Positions 1 through 23,312 of a stretch of DNA of 64,000 bases are shown here, piece by piece (positions within the stretch are counted from its first letter, which is position 1; each line of letters opens with the position of its first letter). The DNA is from Bugula neritina (Eukaryota > Animalia > Bryozoa). The DNA is taken from contig OZ037769.1 of the NCBI GenBank assembly GCA_964035545.1, positions 5,313,929 through 5,377,928 on the forward strand, read 5' to 3'. Below the pieces are notes generated by a model. That model saw nothing but the letters and a program-made list of their open reading frames with translations, made no database searches and had not been told where the DNA came from. The translations under genes and the position numbers were made by a program.

Positions 1-714
1 GTATCATGGCTCTTGACTGCTTGCAGCATGATTTCAGTCAGCCTAATAAAACACAATACAACTTGTTTAATCAACTAGAATCTAAACATGCAACTGCATA
101 TAAAATTTAATTGTTAATTGTTGTATTCCAATCATAGTGTAGATTGGTTTGAAATTATGCCAGATTTAGCAGATCTATTTTTGGGCTCATTAAAATATAA
201 CATAATTTATGAGGGTGGTATTTCACGCCCCCAAGCTTTGTTTGGTTCATGGACACTTATATAATACTTCAATAAATTTGGTGACTAATAAGATTTGGCA
301 ATAACTGTAGTATTGCTACAATTGAACTTTAACATATATTTTACCATGACAGTATTAATTATAGCAACAGTTTCAATTATGAATGTGCTTTAATACGTAT
401 TATTAAATGTGAGGAATTTTGTATAAGACCAAAAATATACTGGACTTTAAAGTATGACACATTTTTGATTGAAAAGTGCACTTCAACTTAAATAATGTAA
501 ATAATGCCAACTTAAATAGTTTGATAATTGAATTCTCACACATTACAGCTTACATTAAATTATTCATAATAAAAATAAATACTTGTATATTATTGCGCAT
601 GATTGTATATTTATATTACTAGCTACAACTAGCTGTTGCATTATGCTAAAACTTGGCTATGTAAGAGTTTGAGCTGTTGCTATTTGGTGACCATATAAGT
701 TCTATATCTTTTAG

Positions 715-2142
715 GGAGACAGCAGTGCCTTCTGTACTTGAAAAAGCTTCACCTATTCCTGCTGATGTCTACTCCGAAGTTTACCAACTTCAAGGAGAGT
801 GTGGGGGTTCTGGCAGCAGTGGTAACGCTGACTGTCTCAGTAGGAGAGATGGTGCTAGTGATGAACATGGTGAGTTATGGGTGAACTGACATTCTATAAA
901 TAAACATGTTTCAAAAATAAAATTCAAAAAGAGAGAAAGACAATGGTAGAATATATTCCTAGGTAAACTTTTGGTCTAATCAATCATTTAAACATCATCA
1001 GGAGTAAAATTTTTGAGAAGCACATGCAGTAAAAGCTAATGATACGAACTGAATAGCTTCAAAAGAAACCGAAGCTTCTATTGCTTTAAAAGTTTGATAT
1101 TCTTAGTGCACAAAGTTGTAAATATTTTTTTATGATGAGTTCTTAAATTTATGTGATAATGTTTAATAAATAGCTGTGCTGCCCAACATGTGTATTATAT
1201 TATTTTTTCTGACTTCTATGGCTCTATACTATTGCCTATGGCTTTATTACATTCAAAGCCCAAGCACCAAAGTGTATATATATTTTTTTCTGATTCTGTT
1301 TTTATTGAAAAAAAAAATTTTTTATTTGAAAGTTTACCTCATGTCATCTTATAACCGAAATCAATGCATTTGGAACTCGAAATTAATGCATTTGGAACTC
1401 GAAATCAATGCATTTGGAACTCGTAATTAAGAGCACAGCAATATATATATATCAACTATAGTGCATCTGTTCAGAAATTTTTCTAAAATTTTCAAATAGC
1501 ACAGTTTCCAACTTGCATTAGGCTATAGATTAAAAATTTTATTTAACATATTCAATGACTAATAATCTTCTTCTACTTCAACAGCTGTGTACATCCTGGC
1601 AGAAGATATAGATGATATGACTCATCAAAGGTCTGACTCATCAAAAGTTATCTATAGTCTGGCTGACTCACATGACAATCAGAATTATGCCAACTCTTCT
1701 GCCATTCAGAGGTAAAACTAAACTCCTTATTTCCTTGATACATCGAATAGCACATTGCTTTATATTGCTATATAGCTATATTATATTGTATATAATGCAC
1801 AGTATAAATACTACTGCTACTTCTTATAGCTTTACATATCTTGATGGAACATTTCACTGCAGGATACACAATTTTTTCTATCAAAACTGTGAAAGTAGTT
1901 AAATATGTTAACCTTCTTTCATTCTTGGCTAAAAGAACATTATATGGCAGCAGCTGCATTAAAATTAATTAATAATCATTCAAACTCACTTTTACAAACT
2001 TTTACTTGTTTAATTCTGTAGAAGAATGGATAACAATGAGTCGGCCAACCTTTATACAGACATTACTGCAGATAAAAAGAGAAAGAAACAGCCTGGCGAA
2101 GTTGAGGTGGAGATGTTTGAGAATGAGTTGTATGGCGCGTGA
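715..2142 (+). CDS. 3' end (last three exons) of an unidentified gene; Tyr-motif-rich, probably cytoplasmic receptor/adaptor tail
   Basis: Exons 715-869, 1585-1711 and 2022-2142 have AG/GT boundaries and join in one open frame (phases 2,1,2): ETAVPSVLEKASPIPADVYSEVYQL...AVYILAED...VIYSLADSHDNQNYAN...NLYTDITADKKRKKQPGEVEVEMFENELYGA*. The 5' part lies outside the window. Confidence 0.75.
1356..1430. repeat. 22-bp tandem repeat x3 (CGAAATCAATGCATTTGGAACT)
   Basis: Three near-identical head-to-tail units with no spacers, intronic. Confidence 0.9.
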
Positions 2143-2378
2143 TAGAGCAACTCCTGAAAGTAAAGCATTTTACTTACACTCATAGAAAGACAACTCCGAA
2201 AGATAGTTTTATTTTGTAGTCACACCCTAACTTATTGCCTATTTTATATCAGGACTTTAAAAGATGCATGCTTAAGAGAGGTGAGAAATTTAAACCTTAT
2301 GCAAAGATAATGTAAACCTCAACATATCTCCAAGCTCAGCAGTTTTGTCAAATCATAAATGTGCTTTGAATAATATAG

Positions 2379-2381
<3 letters not shown>

Positions 2382-2439
<58 letters not shown>
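2382..2439. repeat. (TA)n microsatellite
   Basis: Direct reading. Further (TA)n tracts at about 14388-14421, 16940-16963 and 17027-17067. Confidence 0.95.
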
Positions 2440-2441
<2 letters not shown>

Positions 2442-2559
2442 TCTCGCACTCACAGAGCTGTTTTCATATTAGTAGTATAAAACTGAACTACAATTAGGAT
2501 ATGCGTAGTTTTACAAGTTGGCTGTAGCAGTCAATTTTAGAGCAATGAACAACACATTT

Positions 2560-2954
2560 TGGGCAGTGTAATAATACAATCTGGCACGAAATAGATTTAA
2601 TAGAGTAGATAACTCCATGCGTTGGTGGAAAATAGTAACATTTCCCATATCTCGGACGACAACTACTTTTCTCTTTTTAGTGAAAATAAATTCTTACCGC
2701 AAAAGAGTCATTGTTTAGGGACTAAATTATAATCAATAAAATTTAGAGCTGTTTGGAGCAGTGTAGAATAATAATATTATCTGGCACCGAAACATAATCA
2801 ATAGTGCGGATAACTTCATGCATTTGTGAAAAATAGCAACATCTCTTATTTTTCGGGATGAAAATTACTTTTACATTTTTCGTTAAAATAAATTCTTACT
2901 GCAAAAAGATTCATTGTTTAGGGACTTAATGATAATCAATAAAACTTAGAACTG
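2560..2954. repeat. Diverged ~190-200 bp tandem duplication (2 copies)
   Basis: Both copies share GCAGTGTA..ATCTGGCAC..GATAACT.CATGC..AAAATAAATTCTTAC.GCAAAA..CATTGTTTAGGGACT..ATAATCAATAAAA.TTAGA.CTG. Confidence 0.85.
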
Positions 2955-4178
2955 TATAACTACCAGTAAGAAATTCATAAGTTTGTTCAGCATCTAGAGA
3001 ATTATATTTATAACAAAAACATTCAACAAGAATATAATTTGTAAACAAGTCATGATAGTAGATTAAAAGGATAAAAGTTCATTGCAAATGACTCATCAGA
3101 TTACTACAATATAAGTTATACTATTGACAGGCATTAGAATAATAATAATTTTAAATGCCTGAAATATTCAGTAAAGCTTCAATCAAATAAGTCAATAATA
3201 TCAAACAAAAAATTATGCCATTTCACGATACATTATATAAAACTATGATATATTTATGTATACATAACTAAAATTACATTGTGAATATTTGTTGTGCTGA
3301 CTGATTAAGAATATAAGTCATGAAGTAAAATGAGATTTTTGAAAAAAATAAACCATTAAAATATGATACCATAGTTTCTAGCAGAATCTGAGTGTTTGTT
3401 AAACTTAGCCAAGCACTGTGAATCAAAATTCGATATATTACAGCAGCGTCTAGCTAAGGGTTGGCTATTTATAAACAGTAGCACATGGAGTAGGTATTGC
3501 TAGAACACCAGCCTCTGCATGAAGTCTACAAAATCAACAATTGTATGAGATAGCCACCTTGACATGGCCCAAGGCAGAAGACGATAGAATTAGCAAGCAA
3601 TAAGCATCATTGTTACAAAATCAAGCCAATCACATGTGAGTTTACTAAACACGCCAATAAAACAATGCAGTGATATTTAGAAAATAGTGTCAACTCACAA
3701 TGTATATTTTATTTTGCTCAATAAATCATGCCAAACAAATATGAAACCAAGAACTCAAAGAGCTGGTAAATCTTAAGCGTTTTACAAATGAGAACACGAG
3801 GCAGCATAACAGTGCAAAAGGTGACACTAGAACTTTATATCAATAACTTAGAATTTAGATCACTAACAATATTTTAAACTCATGAGGAACGTGAAATTTA
3901 GGGCTAAGTACTAGAGTATCAAATCTGAAACTTATAATTTGAAACTAATGAATAGAAGTAAAGTTAATCAGTACTTTTAGTTTGAAACTCTTTGATCACA
4001 CCAGGAAATAAACAGGAAATGGGGCAACACAAAGAATGTAGTGTGCAAGTAACTAACATAACAAATCTCATTACTTGTTGAATTACATTCAATTCTGTAA
4101 CATGCTATGATTATGATAAAAAGCTCAAATAAACACAGAGAAAGTAACTTTACTGTAGAGAGAAGACAACTCTTGGCT

Positions 4179-15490
<11,312 letters not shown>

Positions 15491-17022
15491 GACGGGAACA
15501 GTCAATAGTCCTGCAAAATCAAGTCATGTGCTGTAAGGTATTCAGTCCGCTAAATGGTGATTTCACTCAAAGCTTTCATCACATGTTTTTTTCATTTTAC
15601 ACATGTGACAATTTTACTGCAGTGTTTGCAAGTGATTATGTCACAAAGTAAAGACATTATAATTTTTGCTAAAAAGACTGTTTCTAATTTCTAAAGAATT
15701 TCTTAGAACTTACATCATACCCACATAATATTTTGAAATAATCTAGTAAACTTTAGTTAGAATGTAGAACATGCGTGTATATATAAACAAGATGTAAATT
15801 TGTTAGTCTAATTATTATAAAAAATACTAATATAATAGATGTTTTTCCTAATTGTAATAATTTAATCCTAAGGTTGAGAAACCAGATAACTGAAAATAAA
15901 TAAAATGACAAGATAAAACATTAATATAATCTAAAACCTTGTTAACCAAAGCAGCAGTTTCCAATTTAAAACAGCACTTCAAAGTAAAACTTACTTTTTA
16001 AATTAAAGGCTTTTTTATTCAAACATAAAATGTAACACAACCCACACTTGAAAAATTTAGACTAGATTTATTGGAAACATACACAGCAAGCACGAAGAAT
16101 GCCTACCTCTTTTTATTGGGTCTTCAGCATCCAGCTATTAATCGTGCAAGCATAAACCTTATAACAATAAGCAGGTGCACCAAAGGTGTAGCTTCTTAGT
16201 CAGATTAGGCCTACGAATACATGAATAAAGATTCTCACAATTAACCAAGGATGAAAGTAGAAGATAATTGTCAAAATGCACCTTATGATTACATCATAAT
16301 TAACAGCAATAACAGTTATTAATAATAGATAATATTCTATTTTCAATTCATTATCTAAACTGCAGCAATAATTAATTATTATAGCAGAACAGAAAAAGAT
16401 TGCATTCTGTAGCAACTATATAAAAGTTACCTAAAAATAAACAACACAATTGCAAAAATTAATTAAATGGCTAGAAAGAGAAAATTGCCACTGACTTTAA
16501 GAGCATTTGACAATTTATTTCACAGTATAAAAGTGGTTTACATGAAGGCTGGAAATATACCTGCTGTTTTATTTCAGCTGAAGATGTTGAAAAAATCCAG
16601 CTCAATCTTGCCTCCCTCCGTCAACTCTGTCAACATAATAAAGTACAGTCAAGGTTACATTTGCATGCAATGATTACGCTTTCTATTAGACACATGATTG
16701 CAAAATGGTCGCATGACAAAACACTGTCATTAGTAATGTTGATGCGTTCATTTATAATGTATCTAATTATTCAAATCAATTTTTCCCCCACCCTTCTTCT
16801 AGTTAACTAATACTTATGTCAACTATTGAATATTTTAACATGCTTGAGAGGCCCTTACCAGATGCAGGCTTATACTGAACAAGTATCATATATATGACTG
16901 TAGCCAGATATGTCATATCTTCTCTAGCAATAGCATGTCATATATATATATATATATATATATAATAATTGTATCGTGAGATTTTTAAAAAAACAGCGAT
17001 AAAATTAAATTGCTCTTTTCCT

Positions 17023-17070
<48 letters not shown>

Positions 17071-18635
17071 ACAAACAAGTTTCATTAAATAATTAGATAT
17101 TACAGTTAAAAAAAAACCTTGCAGCAAAAGCATCTTTTGATATGAAAAATATGTTCCAACGCAAAACTTTGACTTAAATCAAGTGCTTAAAAATCAGAAC
17201 CAGCTTTCTAATGTAGAGCTTTAGGCTATCCTATTAATACAGTATCTGAGCAACTTTCAAAGAAAATAAATCAGACAGCCATGAGGCACACCTTCGAAGA
17301 AATCAAATTGAACATTTCACTCATTGCATGCAAATTGCCCACAGCTAATGTGCATTAATGCAACTTGGTTAGACAAGAAATGCTGAATAGTAAAACTTTA
17401 ACTCCAACTTTTATTAGCTGTTATGTTAACACACTTGGTAATTTTACATTAAAACATTATGTTCTTTTTTGCAAATAGGATTTTAAAATGATTTTATTTT
17501 ATGAACTACTAAAAATTACCATCTGAGAAAATTTTGATGAAAAAATTTAAACTTGCAAAATGAAAAACAAATTATAGAAAACAATTACTCATGGTTTTTA
17601 TTTTAGAAAAACCTAATAGTTATGCATTGCTGAATTAAGAAGAGATTTGTCGTTCAAAATGAAATAACAACTGAGATGAGTTATAGACAACAGCAAACAC
17701 CTGCATACAAGAATTTATATTTTTGAGTTTGAGTTATAGAAAAACTTGTCAATGAAATCTGAAACTTTCTAAATCAGATATGAAGAAGATTCTTACCAAA
17801 CCAGACATATGGAAACTATAGACACATGGAAACTACAGATCTCAGTTAACTCTCATCAGCAGTTGCATTCATATTTTTGAAAATTTGAAAAAATGATGAA
17901 GAATACAGTGCTTTGAGCTTTATAGCTTTTGCATTTAGCCATACTATGGCTTTTACTATTTTATTAGCAGGTAACGTTTAATCTTGTATTTCACCAAGGC
18001 TAGGGTACACTTAGTCACTTTGCTAAATTTCTGACGAAATTTTATTATTACTATAATAAACATACAGATAACATGCACAAAATAACAGCAGAGCAAATGT
18101 CTACATACTTCTTCATACCACCCCCCCCCCATATTTCTATCAGCACCCACCCCTCATCTCTCAATGTAATTAATATTTTCTTTTAATTGTTGAGAATTAA
18201 CTTTTGTTAAGTTAAGGAGCAATTTTCAAGAAGCCTTTTTGTATTACTTGTGATTAATCCTAAACAGAAATGAGCAGCAATTGATAGTGCACAAATAATA
18301 GTAATAGATTGAATTAATCTTACTTGTAGAGAAGCTTCAAAGTTAATTTATTTTATATTTCTATGTAAAAATTTAAACCCATTATAATGCACTACTGGCA
18401 TTTTTATTAAAATATCAAAAGTGTTGGTAATAATATATATTAGTATTAATATATTGAAAATATTAATATTGCTATATTGCTATATAGTATAATGGAAAAA
18501 TTGCTATTTAGAAACAGCATTAAGCTATTTGCTTTATAGGCAGATATTTGTGACCTGCACCTTCTCTGGGGTGAGGTTTTATTCATTTCGAAATCAATTC
18601 TGACAGAAGACTGAAGAATATTCTTGCAATTCTTG

Positions 18636-18704
18636 GCCCCAACTCAATTGCTCTAGCCCCAACCCTATTACTCTAGCCCCAACCCTATTGCTCTAGCCCC
18701 AACC
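18636..18704. repeat. 20-bp tandem repeat x3 (GCCCCAACCCTATTGCTCTA)
   Basis: Direct reading. Confidence 0.9.
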
Positions 18705-21700
18705 ATGCATAGATATTGACAAATTATTATTAATTACTTGATGATGAGAGGATCTAAAGTTTCATCATTTCTACTTGAGGAAGTCTCTGATCCCTCATTG
18801 AAAATAACTAGAAAACAGGCTAAGTGAAACCCAATAGTTGACTGGCTAGCGGATGTTCCATTCACCATATTCTTGGTCAAACTCTGGGCTCTTTGATATA
18901 TCACTCTACCTCATGCATTGCATCTGATTTTATAGACTACCCAAGTTCTAAATTTACTTTTTGTTTATTAAGGTAAAAGTTTTTACTTGCTCCTTCATTA
19001 TTAAATAATAAAACAGTAAGTTGGACATTAAAAATAGTGTCTATATTGCATATTTTACATATAGAAACAGCAAGAACCAACTCTCCTCTCCCCATCCTTC
19101 TCTGAACTGAACGATTATAATTTTGAAGAGCTGAACATTAGTTTAAGAACTTATGGCTGCAGCGAGGAAAGCTTAAAGCCCAACAGAAATTCTATTTTAC
19201 TGAAATTTTTACTCTCAATTTCACAAATAAGAAGCTTTGGTACCATTTTTAAACTGACCAACTGCTAATCTTGAACAGCTGTTGAAAAAAATAGCCAAGT
19301 TTTTAATACAATGCCAAAGCTCAATTTAAAAATGATTGAAACTGAGTATTCTAACACCTATTACAATTTTTAAACAGTATTTTTGGATTCAGATGTTTAA
19401 AAATAAACTGGTTGATCAGAAAAAACTGTCAAACTAAAGTTATCAAAACAACTCACCCAAGTTTGACGAAAGATAATTCAAATGATGAGAAGGAATGGAG
19501 CTAGTAACTGCAGCTGTGAACTACAGCTGTGAAATCATCTACTAGCTGCCGTCCGTGGCCTCAGACAAACAAGAAACTCTCTGTCAAAGGGAGAGCATCT
19601 AATTCACTTATCTAAACCACATGGATGCACCGCCTTATATCCAACAACTCATGCAGAGCTGGGCAAAGATAAAGCTATAATCTAATAGCAGAATAAGTTA
19701 CTTCGTATTAAAAACACGTGTAGTCGTGCAAATAGTTAGTAAAAAATGTGATACTGTTTCAACAGCAGGCTAAATAAATAGTTAGCCCACAACCAGCAGC
19801 TGATAAGCCTTTTCTTATTAAAATGGAGTCTAATTAAATTTGCCAACAGTTCAGACTGTTTATTGAAAACTTATACGTGTAACTATTAATCACAGTGATG
19901 GTCTCTAACAGAAATCTTGTTTTAAAAAAAAATTCCAACCATTTCCAACATGGCTGATAGAAAAAAGGAATTTGAAAGTTACGAGTTGAAGGTATTACAC
20001 AGCTTTGAATTCTAGTAGGCATCATAACAAACACCAAACACTATAAGAATAACATAATGGGCAATATAAAATCTGAAGGCCTCCCTAAAGTTCTGCATGA
20101 CATCATTTTGTTGCATGGTTGCAATGTATCTTTACGATTGGTGCAAGTTGCTATAAAAACACTGCTTGTTAAATAGTGTCCCGCATAAAAGCATTTATAT
20201 TATTAAATTTTTCAATAGATTACAACAACTAGTTTTTCCACAATCATAAAATTTAGAAATGTATACATTAATTTGTTTCCACTAGCCACTGTTTTATAAC
20301 ACATAATTAGTATACGCAACTTGCATTTTTATTGATAAGACCGAAATTGGTTCTAAATAAACTGTAAAATTTTGCAATATAAGCCTATTACCAATATTTT
20401 AGTAGCTTTTGTTAATTATTACAGCATCGTAGTTTAAACATTTACATATTTATTTTTCAATCCCGTCTTCACCTTTTTTTAAAAAAAAAGGATTTAATTA
20501 CTATTGAGCTGTAGACAATTCAAGTTTAGTAGAAATAGTGGTTGACTACTGATTGATGTGAAATTGAAGGTTGCAAAGAGTTGTTGATTTTCAAAAAAAA
20601 TATTTTAGATACAATAATCAGGTCAAACTATATTATTCAAATTAGTAATTTGGCTGTAAAGAGAAACTAATTATATAACCATCTCATCGATAAATTAGTT
20701 GAAGTGGTTCAATGCTGAGCAATACTTCGACAGTTTTTGAATGTAAAATTACTAAAAGCCTAAATTTAATTAATGTTTCATTTCACTACAATTCCATCAG
20801 TAAAAGATAACTTATTTACTCAAATGTTGATAGAAGCCCAGGATAATAGAATTTTGAGGATACAACATTTTTCTCGGTCTATATATACAGTCATGATTGA
20901 ATTTATATATTGTATTTTTTAGTAAATTTAAGTTTTTATTTTCAATAGCTACAATTGGAAGTCTTCACTTGCTGTTTATGCAAGGATGTCCATGTTGCTG
21001 ATAATAAATTATCAAAGAATCTTAATCACTGCTAATTAACTTGTACACAATTATATCTTAAACTGAATGGTGCATTCACATTATTCATTTGAAAGTTAAG
21101 CCTACCTGGAAATCTGCTAGAATGTTACCTACAAGACTCCGAGTATTGGAACACTGTGTCAACACCTTATTGATTAGTTGTCTTGTAGCAAATGCAAATC
21201 CTGTCTTTGCATGATAATTAATAACACAATTTATTTACTCATTTGATTATAATGCTAAGCCAGAATTCGTTTCACCAGATAAGCCAAGCGAACTAAACAT
21301 CGGAACATATTTTCTATATACTTTACAAGACAGACTCTGCAATGTAGGCATGTCTGCTGAGAATGAAAAATCCTGAATCCTAATTTTTCTCATCATAATG
21401 AAAGATGATGAGAAATATACGAATTGATGATGCTTTCAACAATGTATCAAAATATTCCTAATATACTTGCAATGCAATGAGTAGCAGAAAGAAATCCTGT
21501 AATTGCATTAGTATAAAAACCTATAATGTTGTTAATATTCACAGTGTTGGCGTACATAGCAAGATATAGCACTGTATGTATTTCGCCTTTTTCTCAACTA
21601 TCCCTTGCATACATTAAAAACATAAAAAACAGTTATACATTAGGTATACAGGTCCGCAGACAAAGATCATTTTTGACAACTTTGCATAGTTTCATACATG

Positions 21701-22251
21701 GTGCAAGATTTAACAAGATCTATTAAAACCAGAGCTAATGGTGATATTATCTTTTGAAAGATTTTTTGCAAACTTGTAACAGTTCAAATAGACTTATGTT
21801 GGCAAGTTGTAAAGGAGTTGCCTAATCATGAACTTATCAATCGCCAGTTGGCAGTGAATACATTGCATGATTACAAGAGTTACAACCTATATAGCGCGCA
21901 ACAATTTTATTTTTCAGAAAATGATGCATAATAATAATCATTGTCTTGTTAACTATTTTGCATTTATATTTCAGGTGAAATATAAAATGTATGCCCTTGG
22001 TCTTAAATAAAACTTTAGGTTCAAAGTCAAGAGAAGATAACTTTATACAAACGCACAGGGTTTATTGCTACTTCTTAAGGAATAGTATAATCTTGAGTGT
22101 TTTCACCAATGGAAGTTCGGCCTGTATATTATGAAAACAAGTGCGTGAGCAACTAACTTAGTTTTGTTATTTTTAAAAAACTCATAAATGCATTTATTTC
22201 CAGTGTTGGCCTTAGTCGGAATTTATTATATAAAAATCTAAATATAATATC

Positions 22252-22429
22252 GGAGTTGCCTGCTCGGAAAACAAACTTCACTTCATTTTTTGCTATCAAA
22301 GATCTTTAACTGATCATTTGGACTCACTGAAACTGTTAAACTACTATAAACAGAGAAGTAGAGACTAGTTGAAAATATTATGGCTCTAAAGATAAAGAAT
22401 AACATTTATTTGTTTGAGCAGGCAACTCC
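22252..22429. mobile_element. MITE-like element, 14-bp perfect terminal inverted repeat
   Basis: GGAGTTGCCTGCTC (22252-22265) and GAGCAGGCAACTCC (22416-22429). Confidence 0.55.
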
Positions 22430-22549
22430 AACGCTGTTTTTAAGTTGCGGCTATGATATTCTACTCCTTATACTGCATACATTTGAATAGGTAATCTCAC
22501 ACAGCCAAGTTTATAGTCGCTATTTCGTGAGAAAACCCCTGATGTATAG

Positions 22550-22727
22550 GGCTTTGTTGCTAAATCAGGCTAAGGAATTATTCAGATGAGGCACAAGAGC
22601 AATTATGACTGGATGCTCTTCCTAACATCACCAATGGTCTTTGCTGGGGTTCAAACTCATGACTGTGTGTTTACGAAGCAAACCTAACCCCTAAGCAAGC
22701 TCTAACCCCTAGGACCTAGACCATGGT
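22550..22727 (-). mobile_element. tRNA-derived SINE-like element
   Basis: Same core as 15108-15171. The minus-strand head has TGGTCTAG...GGTTAGAGC and a B-box-like AGTTTGAACCCC. Confidence 0.7.
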
Positions 22728-23215
22728 TGTTCCCTACATTTGAACATGTAATCCTGCTCTTTAAATCATTCTGAGGCATAATGTGGTAAGATTGAAAAAA
22801 AGACAGATTAATTTGCATAATGAAGAAAGAATATGTGGGGCAGGTGAGTAGGTAAGAGTGCAATGTAATTAAAATCATATTAAATTGATTTCATCCCCAG
22901 ATTATCTAATTTGCATAGCAATAACCAATTAACTTTTAAAGAGTTAGTAAATATAACCAAGTCTATCAACTTAAATCTTCAAAAACAAACTTCTTTTATA
23001 CATCTAAGAGAACTGTAATGAATTTACCACAACTTACACCAGTTTTAAAAGCGGCACTAATGCTGCATCAGAAACATTCTTTGGCTTCAATAATGCAGCA
23101 GTTGAGTTTATGAGTGGAGATCAATTTTATGCCTCGGCTTCGGAAGATTTTACAGATTTTTTTTCAATTTGTGACAAACTTAAATCAAATATTGATGAGT
23201 TTTCTTCAGTTCTTC

Positions 23216-23312
23216 TACTTACCTACCTTTTTACCTACCTATACCTATCTACCTATCTACCTATCTACTTACCTACCTACCTACCTACCTACCTACCTAC
23301 CTACCTACCTAT
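23216..23312. repeat. (ACCT)n tetranucleotide microsatellite
   Basis: Direct reading; explains the LPTY-repeat ORFs. Confidence 0.95.

Noticed and set aside
715-869. Alternative hydrophobic reading frame (..VGVLAAVVTLTVSVG..)
   Set aside because: Only the other frame continues open through the next two exons to a motif-bearing C-terminus.
1356-1430. CRISPR-like direct repeats (also 18636-18704 and 56050-56262)
   Set aside because: Head-to-tail units without unique spacers, in eukaryotic DNA with no cas genes.
1615-1672. Three TGACTCA (AP-1-like) sites
   Set aside because: They fall inside a coding exon and partly arise from a short internal duplication.
3075-3105. Hammerhead core CUGAUGAG on the minus strand (also ~17855)
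   Set aside because: No stem II followed by GAAA and no closing helices.
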